Of a DNA stretch of 64,000 nucleotides, positions 1-13,400 are shown one piece after another. This DNA comes from Octopus bimaculoides. Its lineage: Eukaryota. Numbering within the stretch: position 1 is the stretch's first letter; the number at the start of each line of letters is the position of its first letter. The position numbers were made by a program, and so were the translations under genes. The notes under the pieces were generated by a model. It was not told the DNA's origin. It saw nothing but the letters and a program-made list of their open reading frames with translations, and did no database searches. The stretch spans positions 35,886,762-35,950,761 of the forward strand of contig NC_068982.1 in the NCBI RefSeq assembly GCF_001194135.2, given 5' to 3'.

Positions 1-3000
1 CAGGCCCCAAATCTAAATGCATGCTAGCAATATATTTTAAAATTATAAAATAATGAAATTTTTCTTTTTATAAAATTGAACTGGAGGCCATTGGTACAGT
101 CCATATTTTTGATACCTCTGAGCTATAACCTTGAAGGCAGTTTCCCCAAATGGCCTTAGTCTAATAACTGAAACCAAGAGTGCAGCAGCCATACAACAGC
201 TTAGTGAGACTGTAAGTGCACAACAATAGATGCAGCCTTCTATCTCCATATTTTTTTGGTTATAAGCCAACTAATCCAATATGGTATTTGAGTTATTCTG
301 CATAACCATACCATGTTTCAACAGGTAGATAAATTGGTGGTACATATCCTATGAAGGTATTGTTGGCCATTAGCTTGTATGAGAAAGGTATGTGGTATCC
401 AGCAAGATTAACTCTTTAGCATTCAGATTACTTTCTCAAATGTAATGATTATTTGTTCACATTGCTTTTTAATTAGTTACACATGAGCTTATGGCTTCAA
501 GATTTTGACAATGTGATTGCTTATTTTTAGAATGATATTCTGGAGTAGGTGTGAGAGGCCAGTTTGAACATAACACAGGTAGAATATTTGGATCAGATAT
601 GACTGGTTTAAAAACTAAAATGTTAAAAATAAAATGTGATAAAGCAAATCCTGTTAGCAACTTGCATGTACATAAAAGAAGGAAAACAAGAATTGAAACT
701 CAAATAAAGGATTAACAATGAAAGTAAAGGTCATGATATGATTAAACATAAATGTGTAGATTCTTTTTTTTTTTAATGAATGTTGTTTTTATAACTAGGA
801 TTTCTACAAGAGAAAAGAATGTCATTCAAGTCAAAACCATTTTCAGTTATCAAAAATAGTAAAAGATGAAAGCAAAATAAAAAAAGTTTCAAGATTGCCA
901 GATAGCCTATTATGCCATTTCTCATTGGTACTTTATACTCTGATTTGTTTTACAAGTGTTAAAAATTTTAAGACAGCTGTTAGTATTTTCATGAATAGTT
1001 TTATATATATATATATATATATAATACAATGGAAACTTACAATGCCTATGCCTCTCAATTGCTTTTAGTCATCAAGACTGTCTGATGGTCTTACTTTTAG
1101 GACATTTAACTGAGTCATAACCTATTAAATATAATTGAAACAAAAATGAAAACCTATAGAAGGGAAAAACCCTAAATGTTTTTAATTTAATAAATTTATA
1201 TCTGCCAAAAAGTTTTAATGAAATATTTATGAAAATGCTAAAACAAATGAATGCCCCATTTTCTTTAACATTTTATTCTGATTTTTATTTTTGTTTTTCA
1301 ATTATAAATGCAGTAACTCAAAATGATATATACTTAGATTTTCTCACATTGTCCATGTTTGAATTATTTAGACAGATCTGTACACTACATTTGACTTCAA
1401 AGTAAGATTGAGTTTATGAATTATGATAAAATTAACATGCTTTATTTCTAATTGGTAATATGATATAATATTTTCATTGCAATAGCATATAATATTTACA
1501 TCTATCCACATGTAAATGCTTTCACCATATCCTCTTTAGTCATCTGCTTTCAAGTTTTCAAAACATGTGAGAGAAAGAGACAAATATCAAATATTTACAA
1601 TCTTTGTATAGAATTTTATAATCAGTGCTGCTCATAAATGGCTGATCAGTCTTATTGATTTTTGTACAGAGAATATAGCAATTAAGATGTTCGTAGTTTT
1701 TCTCAAGGGCATTGTCAATGAAGATAAATGAAATGCTACTGCAGAAAATATAGATTCAATCAATGTAAAAGACAAATTGGAAAGTAGATTTGTTTTTCAT
1801 TCCATAATAAACACAATGAGAATATATATTGTCTATTTACCACTCATAAGTTAATTTGATGAGACATGTCCAAGTGGTAAGATTGGTACAAATTTGGCAT
1901 CAAGAAATGTTTGGCAAAATATAGTGAAATGTTCTGGAACAAAAAATTAATTTGTAAGCTAAATTTTCATTTGTAATTGTTTAACACCTTTGATGTCAAT
2001 TTACGTGAGACTACATCGGGTCTATGATACAAAACCTCATTATAAATTGCTGGGCCAGTTTCAACATAAAACAGAATATTTGGGCTGGATATGGCTGCTT
2101 TAGATGCTAAAGGGTGCTAAAATATTGATGATGATACTGTAAAATATGTTTTTATTTTGTTTAAGTAAATATTCCAGATGAAAGCAAGCTGGGAAGTGAT
2201 GAATTTATGTTGTCGGTATAGAGTAGACTGTTCTGTTCGTAATAACATGTTAAATACTGTTCTGTTGATGGTACCATGTGTATGATGATCAGTACTGCAA
2301 GTTTAAAATAAACCATGTCCAGGAGATAGCATGTATGTAAAGATTTGTGTTGACTGGCAAGCTGCTGAACTGTGTTGCTGCTTACAACAATTTGGTATAC
2401 CTGTTAATACAGCATCATACATATTGCTGATTAATTGATGAGAATTCATTTAAATCAGTTCAGCCATTAAGTAAATTTTCATGGGCATGAGTCTATACTG
2501 TTGGCACATCACAAAACATAGTTCACCCTTTTTAGGAGAGGTTCACTAAAAGCGGTATGTGAGCACTGTACATCTACCAAAGATGAAAAATTTCTTTTAT
2601 AATAATTATGTTCTTGGAGTATCATAATATGCGTTGTTGTAATTTGTTTACAGACCTGATAATACACAGTCAAAAAGCAAAATTCAAATTAAACTCACTA
2701 TGTATAGAAATAGCCTAAAGTTTGCACGTTTTGTAGTTGTCCCAAAGTCCTGAGGTACTATTGTAGATTCAGCACAGTAGCCCACTCTGTGACAACTGCT
2801 ATACACAGCTTGATTAACCAGAAAATTATATAGTCCTGGACTAGGTGTTATAAAAACTTTTAACTCTACCCAACTATACTTACTAAATTTAATACTCAAG
2901 ATTTTTTTTTTTTTTAATAGAGGTGAAAAATTGTGAAATGAAATAATTCAAAATAGTTCTAACATGGATGTATTGTACAGCTGATGGCTGAAACTTATCT

Positions 3001-3011
3001 TTGTTCTACAC

Positions 3012-3461
3012 AGAGGGTTCACAACCACCAGACTCTGGGTCGCACAGAGAATAACATTTTTAATTTTATTTTCATTTTCATTTTATTAACTATCACAGTC
3101 TGCAGAATTTTATTATAGTGTCCATAAATTATTTTTACAACTTCCACAATTTATATTATCTATATCTTGCATGCAACCAATTGAGCCCAAATGGAAGTGT
3201 TCTGATATTTCTAATAAAACTTTATTTGTTTGCTTATGTTATCCAATTAACTCTGCTGAGTTATCCTTATTTCTTATTGTTTTCTGAACTTTAAAAATTG
3301 TAAAGGTAATTTATGGACACCCTGTATATGTATTACGTATATGTAATAATTAAATTATATGTTATGCACTTTATTGCATTTTGTTAAACACATCATCCAC
3401 CAATCTGTGGGAAAATCATCTTGCCTGAAACCAGTCCATGATACAGGGTTGGAGGTTGCTG
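3012..3461. mobile_element. hAT-like MITE with a Tc1-like MITE (about 3114-3326) nested inside
   Basis: Outer 8-bp TSD ttctacac/ctctacac. Inner perfect 13-bp inverted repeat gtgtccataaatt (3118-3130) / aatttatggacac (3308-3320). Confidence 0.55.
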
Positions 3462-4854
3462 CTCTACACAACTTAATTCTTTAACATTTAAACTGGCCAT
3501 ATTACCTTTCATCCATTCTGGGTTGATAAAATGCCAGTTTAAGTGCTGGAATTAACATTATTGACGAAACCCTTCCCTTAAAATTGCTAGCCTTGTGCCT
3601 AAATCAAAAAACATCATCATTATTATTACTAAAGCAGCAAGTTGGCAGAATCATTAATTAGCATGTCAGGCAAAATGCTTAGCAGCATTTCATCCATCTT
3701 TACATTCTAAGTTCAAATTCCACAGAGGTTGGCTTTACCTTTCATCTTCTCAGGGTCAATAAAATAAGTACCAACTGAGCATTGAGGTCAATGTAATCGA
3801 CTAATCTCCCAAAATTTCAGGCCTTGTGCCTACAACAGAAAGGATTATTAAGCTTGCAGAATCATTAGCACACCAGAGAAAATGCTTAGTGATGTTTCTT
3901 CTGATTTTATCTTGTTCCAATTCAACTGAGGTTGACTTTGCCTTTCATCCTACTAGCTCCAGTTGAGCACTTGGCTTGATGTATGCAACTTCTCCGCTTC
4001 CACAAAATGTAAGTCTTTCTACCTATAGTAGAAATATTATCATCGAGACAAACGAGCAGACAAAATGCTTTATGACATTTCTCCTTGTTTTTTAATGTTC
4101 TGAGTTCAAATGCTGCCAAGGTTAACTTTGCCTTTCGTTGTGGTTGATGGAAAAAAAGTACCAGTCCTGATCAGTGGAATGGCAGAATTGTTAGAACATC
4201 AGACAGAATGCTGGATCTGTTCCAGCTCTGCATTCTCAGTTCAAATCCTACCCCATCACAAAAAAACAGGGACACTTCTGTCAGCAGTTTCAACTGACTG
4301 ATACAATCAATATTTGAAGAATCATGGGAAACAGTCAAATTGGTTCAATTGAAAGATCAACTGCCATTACCAACATTATCATATCCATAAGTGCAATCTC
4401 TCTTGCACATTCTATCTGATTCTTCTTCTGCACAGTTTCCCTCTCAGCTCACCTGTTTATATGCATCCAGCAGAGCCTGTTGACTTTATTTCTTTCCAGT
4501 CTCCACATATTCAACATTTATGTCTTACTATAATATAGCATCATATTATGTAAACAAGAAATTATTATCAACACAGGCAATAATTCCTTGAACTATTTCC
4601 ACTATTCAGAGTATGATATGCTTTCATCACAGTCACCTCTACTGCTGATTAAGTCCATCAAATCATGAAACTTGACTACTTTAAGCAAGTCTGCTAGGCA
4701 GTTGATAGATTTCATTTTTTTTTTTTTTTGGAGTGAACTTATTGCTTACTACTTTTGTGCATGTAGTACATATGAAATTCTTCCTGTCTTTGGACTGCCT
4801 GTTCTTTTGAAGGGCATTTTCATGCACCCATGGATTGCATTGAGCACTCAGTAC

Positions 4855-5092
4855 TGTTTCTTATTTCTTTATTGCCCACAAGGGGTTAAACATAGAGGGG
4901 ACAAACAAGGACAGACAGGGATTAGGTCAATTACATCGACCCCAGTGCGTAACTGGTACTTAATTTATTGACCCTGAAAGGATGAAAGGCAAAGTCGAGT
5001 TCGGTGGAATTTCAATTCAGAACATAATGGCAGACGAAATACCACTAAGCATTTCGCCTGGTGTGCTAATGTTTCTGCTAGCTAGCGGCCTT
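4855..5092 (-). mobile_element. SINE family B, near full length
   Basis: The same conserved blocks (gaaaggcaaagtcga..ggaattt.aa.tcagaac, cccagtgcg.aactggtact) recur in at least 10 copies. Confidence 0.8.
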
Positions 5093-7428
5093 ACACTCAG
5101 TACAGTTTCTTACTACCCCCTTGCCACACATCAAGATTGGCCACTTCCTAAATGGAAGTAGTTTTCTTTCCCACTTTTCCTCTAATTCAACAGACTGTTC
5201 ATAGATCAAGATCAACAATATACATAAGCTTAAATAAACCACGATATGGTGAGGGATGTATGTATTTGTGTATGCACCCCCCACCCAACATTGATGACCA
5301 ATGGTGCGTTTACATCCACACAACTTTGCAGTTCAGTAAAAGAGACCAATAAAATAAGTACTAGGCTTACAAATAAGTTCTGGGGTTGATTTGTTCAACT
5401 AAAAAAGCAGTGCTCCAGCATGGCCACAGTTAAATGACTGAAACCAGTAAAAAGAGAAGTAGACAACACATTGGTTCACCAATAGTTCAAGGTACAAAAA
5501 AAAAAAAAAAAAAAAAAACGCATCTAAACTTGATTTATTTCATTTGTGTTCACATTTCGATGGTACCCTACTGTCAAAGCATTTTCCCGCCATTATGCAC
5601 CAGTCTGGCTATTTATAAAAAGGCACCCAAAAGAATTGACTTAATTTGGCCTCCTCAGTGATGGAACCCAAATGTTCTGAACTAAACCAAAAAAATGTTT
5701 TCGTATACAAATCACTACATAAAACATTTACTGGCTAACGAGAAAGCTAGTCATGTTAGAATTAATTATGCATCCTTGAAACAGCTTTAGATTAAAATAC
5801 AGTCCAAAAATTTGCCAAAGTTAAGTTTAGTAAAACTATTCAAATCTTGATTCTAAATGTTATCAAAATTTACCTTAGAAAGTTCGCCTAAGACTTTCAA
5901 ATTAACCACTGATAATTCAGTTAATGCAGATGTTTTTGCATAGTTGTGAAATCAATAACTTTACACTGTTCTCTTATAACAGTGTAAAGTTATAAGTTTT
6001 TTCTTAGTTTCCTGTCAAAACTAGGTAGTATTCAATATGTGGTTTCACTATTACCTTTTCCATGTGGATAAAGACTAAAATTTCTAAAGAAAAGGATCAA
6101 ACCAGTTACATCTCATCAGTGGTTACGACAAAGGTGTTCTTGCAGGGAACAAACCTTTACAATGCTCAACAGTATTATTTGCAGCATCCTGCTCTTCACT
6201 AATATTTCAACTGTGTATGCTTGCTAATAAAACATTACAGCATCCACTAGCATTTAATACTGAGCAAATGGGGGGGAAGTGGCTACGCAGTTGCTCAATC
6301 AACAAGAATAGAAGCATAATGTCTCCCAAATCACTTAAAAAGAACACATTAGATAAGGTTATCCTAAAGATACAAACGAAAAGAAATAATCACAGTTGAA
6401 ACACTTTTAACATAGATCCTTGCCCAGAGCACTTAAGTCAATTCAATTACTGATATGATAAAAAAAATATATATTTAGCACCATTAACCGATTAATCTCT
6501 ATAAACAATTAAAGATTAGAAGTAAATAGCCACAGGTAATTTTAAATCAAATTTATTGAACTTTACTGATCAAATACTATGGCAGGAATAGCCATCACAA
6601 ATTAATCTGAAATACATTTACAAAAACAGACGGTTTGTAAGAACCCCCTCACCCTTATCAAAAAGAGGGTTGAAATTTTTTTTTTAATTACACAATACTT
6701 TAATGTCATTGATATAAAGTAAATATTTTGATCTTCATTGTGAAACCTGTAGTCATCGTCGTTATAAATGGGAAAATATACAGCAATTTCATATATAAGT
6801 AACCATCAAATCTTATCTGTTTGGTTAATTAAAAAAATTCTGAGGTTTGTGATCCAATTGCAACAAGAAATATCTCCTGTATTAAATTCCTTTATTTGTA
6901 GCAATAACTACACTATTAAATGACAATGCTATTTTAGTAATCAAGCCAGCACTGATTATAAAAGCTATGTGAAATTGTATGAATATTTAAACCAACACTT
7001 AAGTAGATCAGATAAAACAAAATGCAAACACTTAAAATATCGACTTGTATTTTCTGATGGAATAAAATAGATTAAAACTTGGCAATTTAATCATAATATT
7101 ATTGAATATATTTCAACAATCTATACAAAAGAAAATTTAAAGACAAAAAAATAGAAATTACATCATTTGATGTCAACTTAAAAAGCATGAAAGAAAAAAA
7201 TGATTCCAGAAAAGAATTAATCAAATACTAATGCTATGAACTTTGGAATAACTTTCATTGTTGATGGGTTTTGAAATTCAACTACTAATAACAAAAGAGA
7301 AAAATGTAGTTTCATATGTATGAGGTGGAGTAGTAAGAAAAAAAAAAAAGACGAAAATAACTGAGGTTTATATATGTGAAACAAGTTTTTGTTTTGTTTT
7401 GTTTTGTTTTTCCCTGCTCATTTATAGT

Positions 7429-10400
7429 TCAGGAATTCTTGTATCCTCGAACCATAGCCAGAACAGAAATATTCCCGTTATGCCATATGACGGAGCATTC
7501 ACCTAAAATAAAATATATTTAGTGAATTAATAAATTTGTTACATCACTAGAACTAGAAGTAAATCAGACGATAAAATTTTATTAGTGTTTGAAATTCGAT
7601 TTTATTAACATTGATTTATAATGAATTCTATCTTTCTATAAAATTTGTTTAGAGAAACATTGGAAAATTCACGAATGAAACAAAAATAAAGGGGAACAAC
7701 TTTGATGGGCTTACTGGAAACTATCGACCCACATTTAAAAAATATTTTATTTAACCCTTTCCCTACCAACCCACATGAAACTGCTTAACGTGTTTAAATT
7801 TTAGAGTGAAATTATTTGAAACATCTAATTTTAACAAACATTTAAACTTTTCATATTCTTTATTCTTCTCAATAGCTTGTCTTTCGCGAATTAACTTTTG
7901 GTGTTAGGGTCACTGAAGATAAAGGCAATGCTAACATAAAATATAGATTTCTAACGTTAGCACAAATTTGAAAGGTGAGTAAAGTCGATAAAAACAACAC
8001 TCTGCTTGACATCATTTTATCGACAAGAATGTCGAGTAAAGTTGACCTCGGACCCAAAAGTAACTAAATACCAAAACACGCAGTGGCGTACGGACCGGAT
8101 AGAACGTCTACTTTATATACGTGTGCTTCTTGTAATCAGATATATGTTATGTTTAAGGAAGCCAATTTGGTTACTGTCCAAACCCGCGCTACACCACGTT
8201 AAATCCACGACTAAGTATTTTGATCGACGTTCTGACGGGTTCTGCCAATCCACTATCAAAATTATAGAATATTAACATCAAGCATCAGAAAGAATCAGTG
8301 TTCTAGTACATAATATAAAGAATAAAAATACCTCTTGACGCAGGATCTCCAGAAAACGTGGTTGCAACATATTGGTTAGGACTCCTTTGAGAAATGGTAC
8401 ACACACCTGCAATATAAAAAGGAATATCATGCGTAATAATTACATTGCTTTTGTCAGTTCTGATCTTTTACTGGTTCTCACCACTGATGTTTGCTTCGTA
8501 TTTTGGCAAGAATTCTTGTAAAATTAATCTAAAGTGATAAGATCTCGGCGAACCGAGTTACGAACTCGCTTCAATTTCGATGGAAGCTAAATCAGCTTAT
8601 GCTATTGATATCTTTGAGAATAGCAAGGACAAATACATTCCATCTCCAATAAATAAGTGACCCTGAGTAAAGAAACCAGATATGCTTCAGTTTTTCTGAG
8701 TGGCGAATAAAATATTTTGCAATGATTAGCTAAAATCCATAGTTTAAATCTCGCTGAGATTGACAGAATTTTATTTTCCAGTATTCTTGAAATAAAGCTT
8801 CAATCAAATACTAGTCAATGTAATTAACTATACTCCTCCCTTTAAATTTCCCCAGTTGTTCCAGTGTTGGAAATCAGTGAGTTCTCGAAAAAGGTTTTCA
8901 ATTTCAATCTCATATTTCGATAAAAGAAAATAATTAGGTCGTCTATCTCGATTTACAGATACCTGTTTAAAACGTAAACACCTGCTCAAAAGCACACGCA
9001 AGTTCAGATAAAAAATATAATTCTGTAAGATGTTTTCTATTTGACCAACATCAAAGTGCTATCTGATTTATAAAAGAAAAACCAGAAACATTGGTATCAA
9101 TGAATTAACTACAACTGGAAATTGAAATAGACTTCCATATCACATTCAAACCATCGATTCAGCTTACACATAACTGTCAAAGAGTCCCGGTATTTAATAC
9201 GATTTAAACAACTGTACAAAATTCTATCTCTTCTGTATAATATATTTAATAAGATAGTTATAAAGGAGGGGTGAGGCTTTCAATTTGATATTAAAATTCT
9301 TTGCCCGTTAATTCCAGCCAATTTAGTTAATAAAAATGTTCGTCAAACAATGGTTTTAGAAGTTATATAATTATGAATAATACCGGCAGAAAATATCAGA
9401 ATGGCTACAGTTTCTAAATATCAAAGGCAAAAGGAAGTTTTATAATCTTTACATAAATAAAAACGAAGTTTATTTAGCATCAAACTAGATCGACTGACCT
9501 TGATATCGGAGATTTCGCCAAAGTCGGAGATGCTGAAAAGACAAATTAATTATCCTGTCAGACCATTTCTGGGCAAGTTCTTTAATATAATCGCTGTGTG
9601 GGCCAATTACTTGCTCTATTGTCTGGTAAAAGAGAACATCGACAAGTTACAATTACTAAAACGGATTGTGAAATTCAAACGAGGATTAGTATCGAAGAGT
9701 TATTCTGTTAATAGACTACAAGAATAATCAAAAGTGACTGGATGGTTGATGTATTGACCGACTGGCTGACTGAAGGGTAGTCTTGCTTTATCCGAATCAT
9801 TTACGTAATGTCAAAGACGAGAACGACAAACAAAATACCTTTACGATCCCGCTGGATCAGATTAGGTACTAAATTCGATTTAAACTATACTTCTATTGAA
9901 TTTCTAATATAATGTGAGAAGCTTAAAAGAAAGAGTATAAAAAGCAGGCCGTAATTCTGTTTTTAAAAAAAGAGTCCTGGGACACCAATGTAGAAATTCT
10001 TTTGTTTAGATATGCTGCGATATGAAGTAAGAGTTAAATAATAACCTTCATTGCGTCTGTCCTGAACGAAAGCTCCTGAAATCCGTGATTTAATGGTAAA
10101 TTACGTTTTTCAACCAGAGTTGTTCAGAAGCGACATACCGCTGACAGAATATTCCGTCATTGTTGACGTCTCTCCTTATTAGGTGCCGTCATTTTCGCAA
10201 TTACTACGTTTGGAGTTACCTTAATTTTTGGACGAACGTGCGGGTTTATTTTCTTCACTAATTTTTGTTGTTACCATACATTTTTGTAAATTAACGGTCT
10301 AAGAAATATATATAACAGTTGAAATATATTAATATGTCCTTTTTACTATAGGAACAAAGCCTGGAATTTTGGGGGAGGGGGACTGTCGATTACGTCGACT

Positions 10401-13400
10401 CCAGTGCTCGACTGGTACTAATTTTATCAACTCCACAAGGATGAAAAGCAAAGACGACCTCGGCGGAATTTGAACTCAGAACGTAAAGACGGACGAAATG
10501 CCAGTTCGCCGCCTTACATTTATATGTAACATCAACGGCATTGATAATAAAACAAAAATAAACTCGGTATTCCGACAAAGTGAAACAAATACGTAATTTT
10601 GCAATGATTCAGTGAAAAGGAATATATTTTACACAAGAAATACAAAACAGTACTCTGATATAATCCAAGTTCCAGCTAGTCACATCGAATGATAAAGGAA
10701 CATAATATTAAGATAAACAATTATTTGGTATTTCACTCGACAGGTAAATCTGGAGTTCGCTTCCTAGGATTTTATAGAGCATACAGAATATATATTCAAG
10801 ACATTTCTTTTAATGGTGTTTTGTGTGTATATGTGCATGTATATATCACCGTTTTTATTCATAAATCATATTTGAGGAATTTGAAATTAATTTAGACTTC
10901 GTCCCTTATAAAGAGGTATTGGCAATCCATTTCATACTCACATCGATAATAATTTCAATTGCTTCCGCTGCATCGAATTCCACATTTGATCTCACATCCA
11001 CCTAAAAGTGACAAAGTATATATTACGATTAGGCATACAAAAAAAAAAAATCGAATGAAAATTCCTATTTGTGACGTTCCTGCTTCTCCCAATAATATAA
11101 ATTAGCTGCATTAGCGAATTTGCTTCTACTGGAAGGTAATATTGGTTGAAGATGTTGATTAACTAAATGTATAGTCCTTGATGTACAAAGTTATGTTTCT
11201 GAATAAATTTCTAAGACCAGAAAAAAAAAAACACGGCGATTAGTGCAGGAAACATGTCTTCTTTTTTGAGATAAAAAGTGGGGGCAGATATTAAGTGCAG
11301 TTTTATGAGATTATATGTATTAGACAAGAAAAGGCTAAGCGCAGGTATTAAAATATAACCAAGACAGGATGCAAAAGATGAATTGAGTAGGATGCTATAG
11401 AATTGTGTTAAGAGTTAAACTATTTCATTAATCTTTCCTTTTTTTTTTTTTCTTCAACTCATTAAGCAATTAAACTTTAACGGAGAAAACTCACTTTTAC
11501 TGGGTAATTAGTTGGAGAAGGACTAATATAACGTTCTTGTGCACGCTGCTTTTCTATTAAACGTGCTTGGTGTTTTAATTTATCGGCAATATAATAGTAC
11601 GATTCCATAAATGTAGGCTGTACGTAAAAATGTGAATAGGACATTATTCTTCCATTCACTGAAGTTAACTGTTTATAGTCGACTCCCCATCATTACTTTT
11701 ATATGTATACAAGTTCACCCTAACATTCATTTCATTTTAGCGCACTAGCAACATTTCTTCTGACTCTTTATGTTCTGAGTTCAAATTTGACCGAGGTCGA
11801 TATAGCCTTTCATAATAGATAAAATAGATATGAGTTTAACACTGGCACCTAAATTGCTGGCCTTGGGCCAAAATTATTATTATTATTTTCTTATTTTTCG
11901 CTTGATTTCCATTTTATTTCATCTTCTGACCAGGTCTCAACGAGAGACTTAAGGCACGTATATATTAGATGGAGAGACACTTCCTGAGAAGATGATCGGT
12001 TGATGTCAGCACAATTTTTATTATGTGAGATTGGTACACATGGAATTTTAAAAAATCAAATTGCTCGTGATATCTGGTTTAAATATCAGGTAGTTTTTTT
12101 AAAAAAATGAAATTGTAAAGTTTAGGACGCCGGAAGTTCTTGGAGTATCATATCCGCCACCTTTCCTTTTTCATTTCACCTAAGCGTGTAATAGAAGCGA
12201 TTCCCCATTGCAAGGAAAGTTTTCCTCAAGCAGTGAAGACCCTCTTTGGTGAAAAATGTGGATCAAAAGTATCTACTGCTGATATAGCAGCAATAGATAC
12301 TTTTGCGTAAACAGTAATATGATCCAACGAGATGTATTTATGTGGTTCCTTACTTCATGGAACTTTAAAAATAATCTCTAATATTAATAGTAGAGATGTA
12401 CGAATAAAGAGTAAATAGTTGAGACATATTTATTGAACTGCATCAGATAAATAGTGATTGATAAAGATAGTAAAGATGATTATCCTATTGTTTTCTAATT
12501 AGACTATGTTAAAGTTGTGAAATGAGTTCTGGTCAAGAAGTGGTTCGAGTTATGACCATTTTTGCTTTTTTTATATTGTATATTTTGGTTTCGTTTTTCA
12601 GGCATAGTGTTTCAAGAACTATTGAATATATCCTTCGTTTATTAAAACAATAGTTGTGATTTGAAGGAGATATAGTTGCTATTTCTAGCAAGTCAGTCGT
12701 CCACGTAGAGGCTCCCTGGTTAGCTCATATGAAAGGTGATTTAGTAGAGGTGATTTGTTTCACATTAAGTAAGTTTGGTTAAAAAATTATTAAAGGCTTA
12801 GGTAATATTGGTTTCAAATTTTGGCACAAGGTCAGCAACTTCGTGGGAGGAGTAAGGCAATTGCATCGACCCCAGTGCTCAACTGGTACTTATTTTATCA
12901 ACCCCTGAAAGGATGAAAGATGAAGTCGACCTCGGCAGAATTTGAACTCAGAATATAAAGACGGAAGAAATGCTGCTAAGCATTTTGCTTGGTGTACCAA
13001 CGATTCTGCCTGCTTGCCGCCCTAGGCTTTGGTAATATTTATTCCATACAACACCTCAAAGTTGGTGTAAGGATTGCTGTATTTTATACGTTACATTTTA
13101 TAAGTTACATTTTCTTTAAAAGAAAAATGTCTCAAAAATAATCACTCTGGGTCCCTTATTCGAGATTGTGCCTCCCATAAGCTTTCTGAACACACACTGC
13201 TGAAATTAGTGTGTGCCAATATGCCCGTTCGTCTTTTATGCTATCAAATACGGAATATCAAATTCAGTATTTGACTGTCAGAACATAAAGGATCGTAACT
13301 AAATACCAAAGTATTTTGTTCAACGCTCTTACGATTTTGCCCATTCACCGCTCTTAAGACTTTAGCGAAAATCTGATTGTCTGTGTTAGCAACAAATAGT

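Noticed and set aside
43-410. 75-aa ORF, or a possible + strand exon ending ACT/gtaagt at about 210
   Set aside because: Another minus-strand frame gives a stop-interrupted LINE RT-like peptide (..KLLYGCCTLGFSY*TKAIW..). There is no convincing acceptor and no partner exons.
2170-2900. Possible terminal exons of a + strand gene (DESKLGSDEFMLSV*, and ORF 2684-2899)
   Set aside because: No recognisable homology and no chain of phase-compatible exons.
7420-8370. Alternative-frame micro-protein MLQPRFLEILRQEVNAPSYGITGIFLFWLWFEDTRIPEL, faintly resembling UQCR11
   Set aside because: It uses the same last two exons in another frame and would sit behind several upstream ATGs. The 233-aa frame explains all eight exons with consistent phases. 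The similarity is weak and judged by eye.
9840-9872. 30-nt AG/GT-bounded segment between exons of the hidden gene
   Set aside because: It contains an in-frame TGA in the required phase and has a weak acceptor. There is no support without transcripts.
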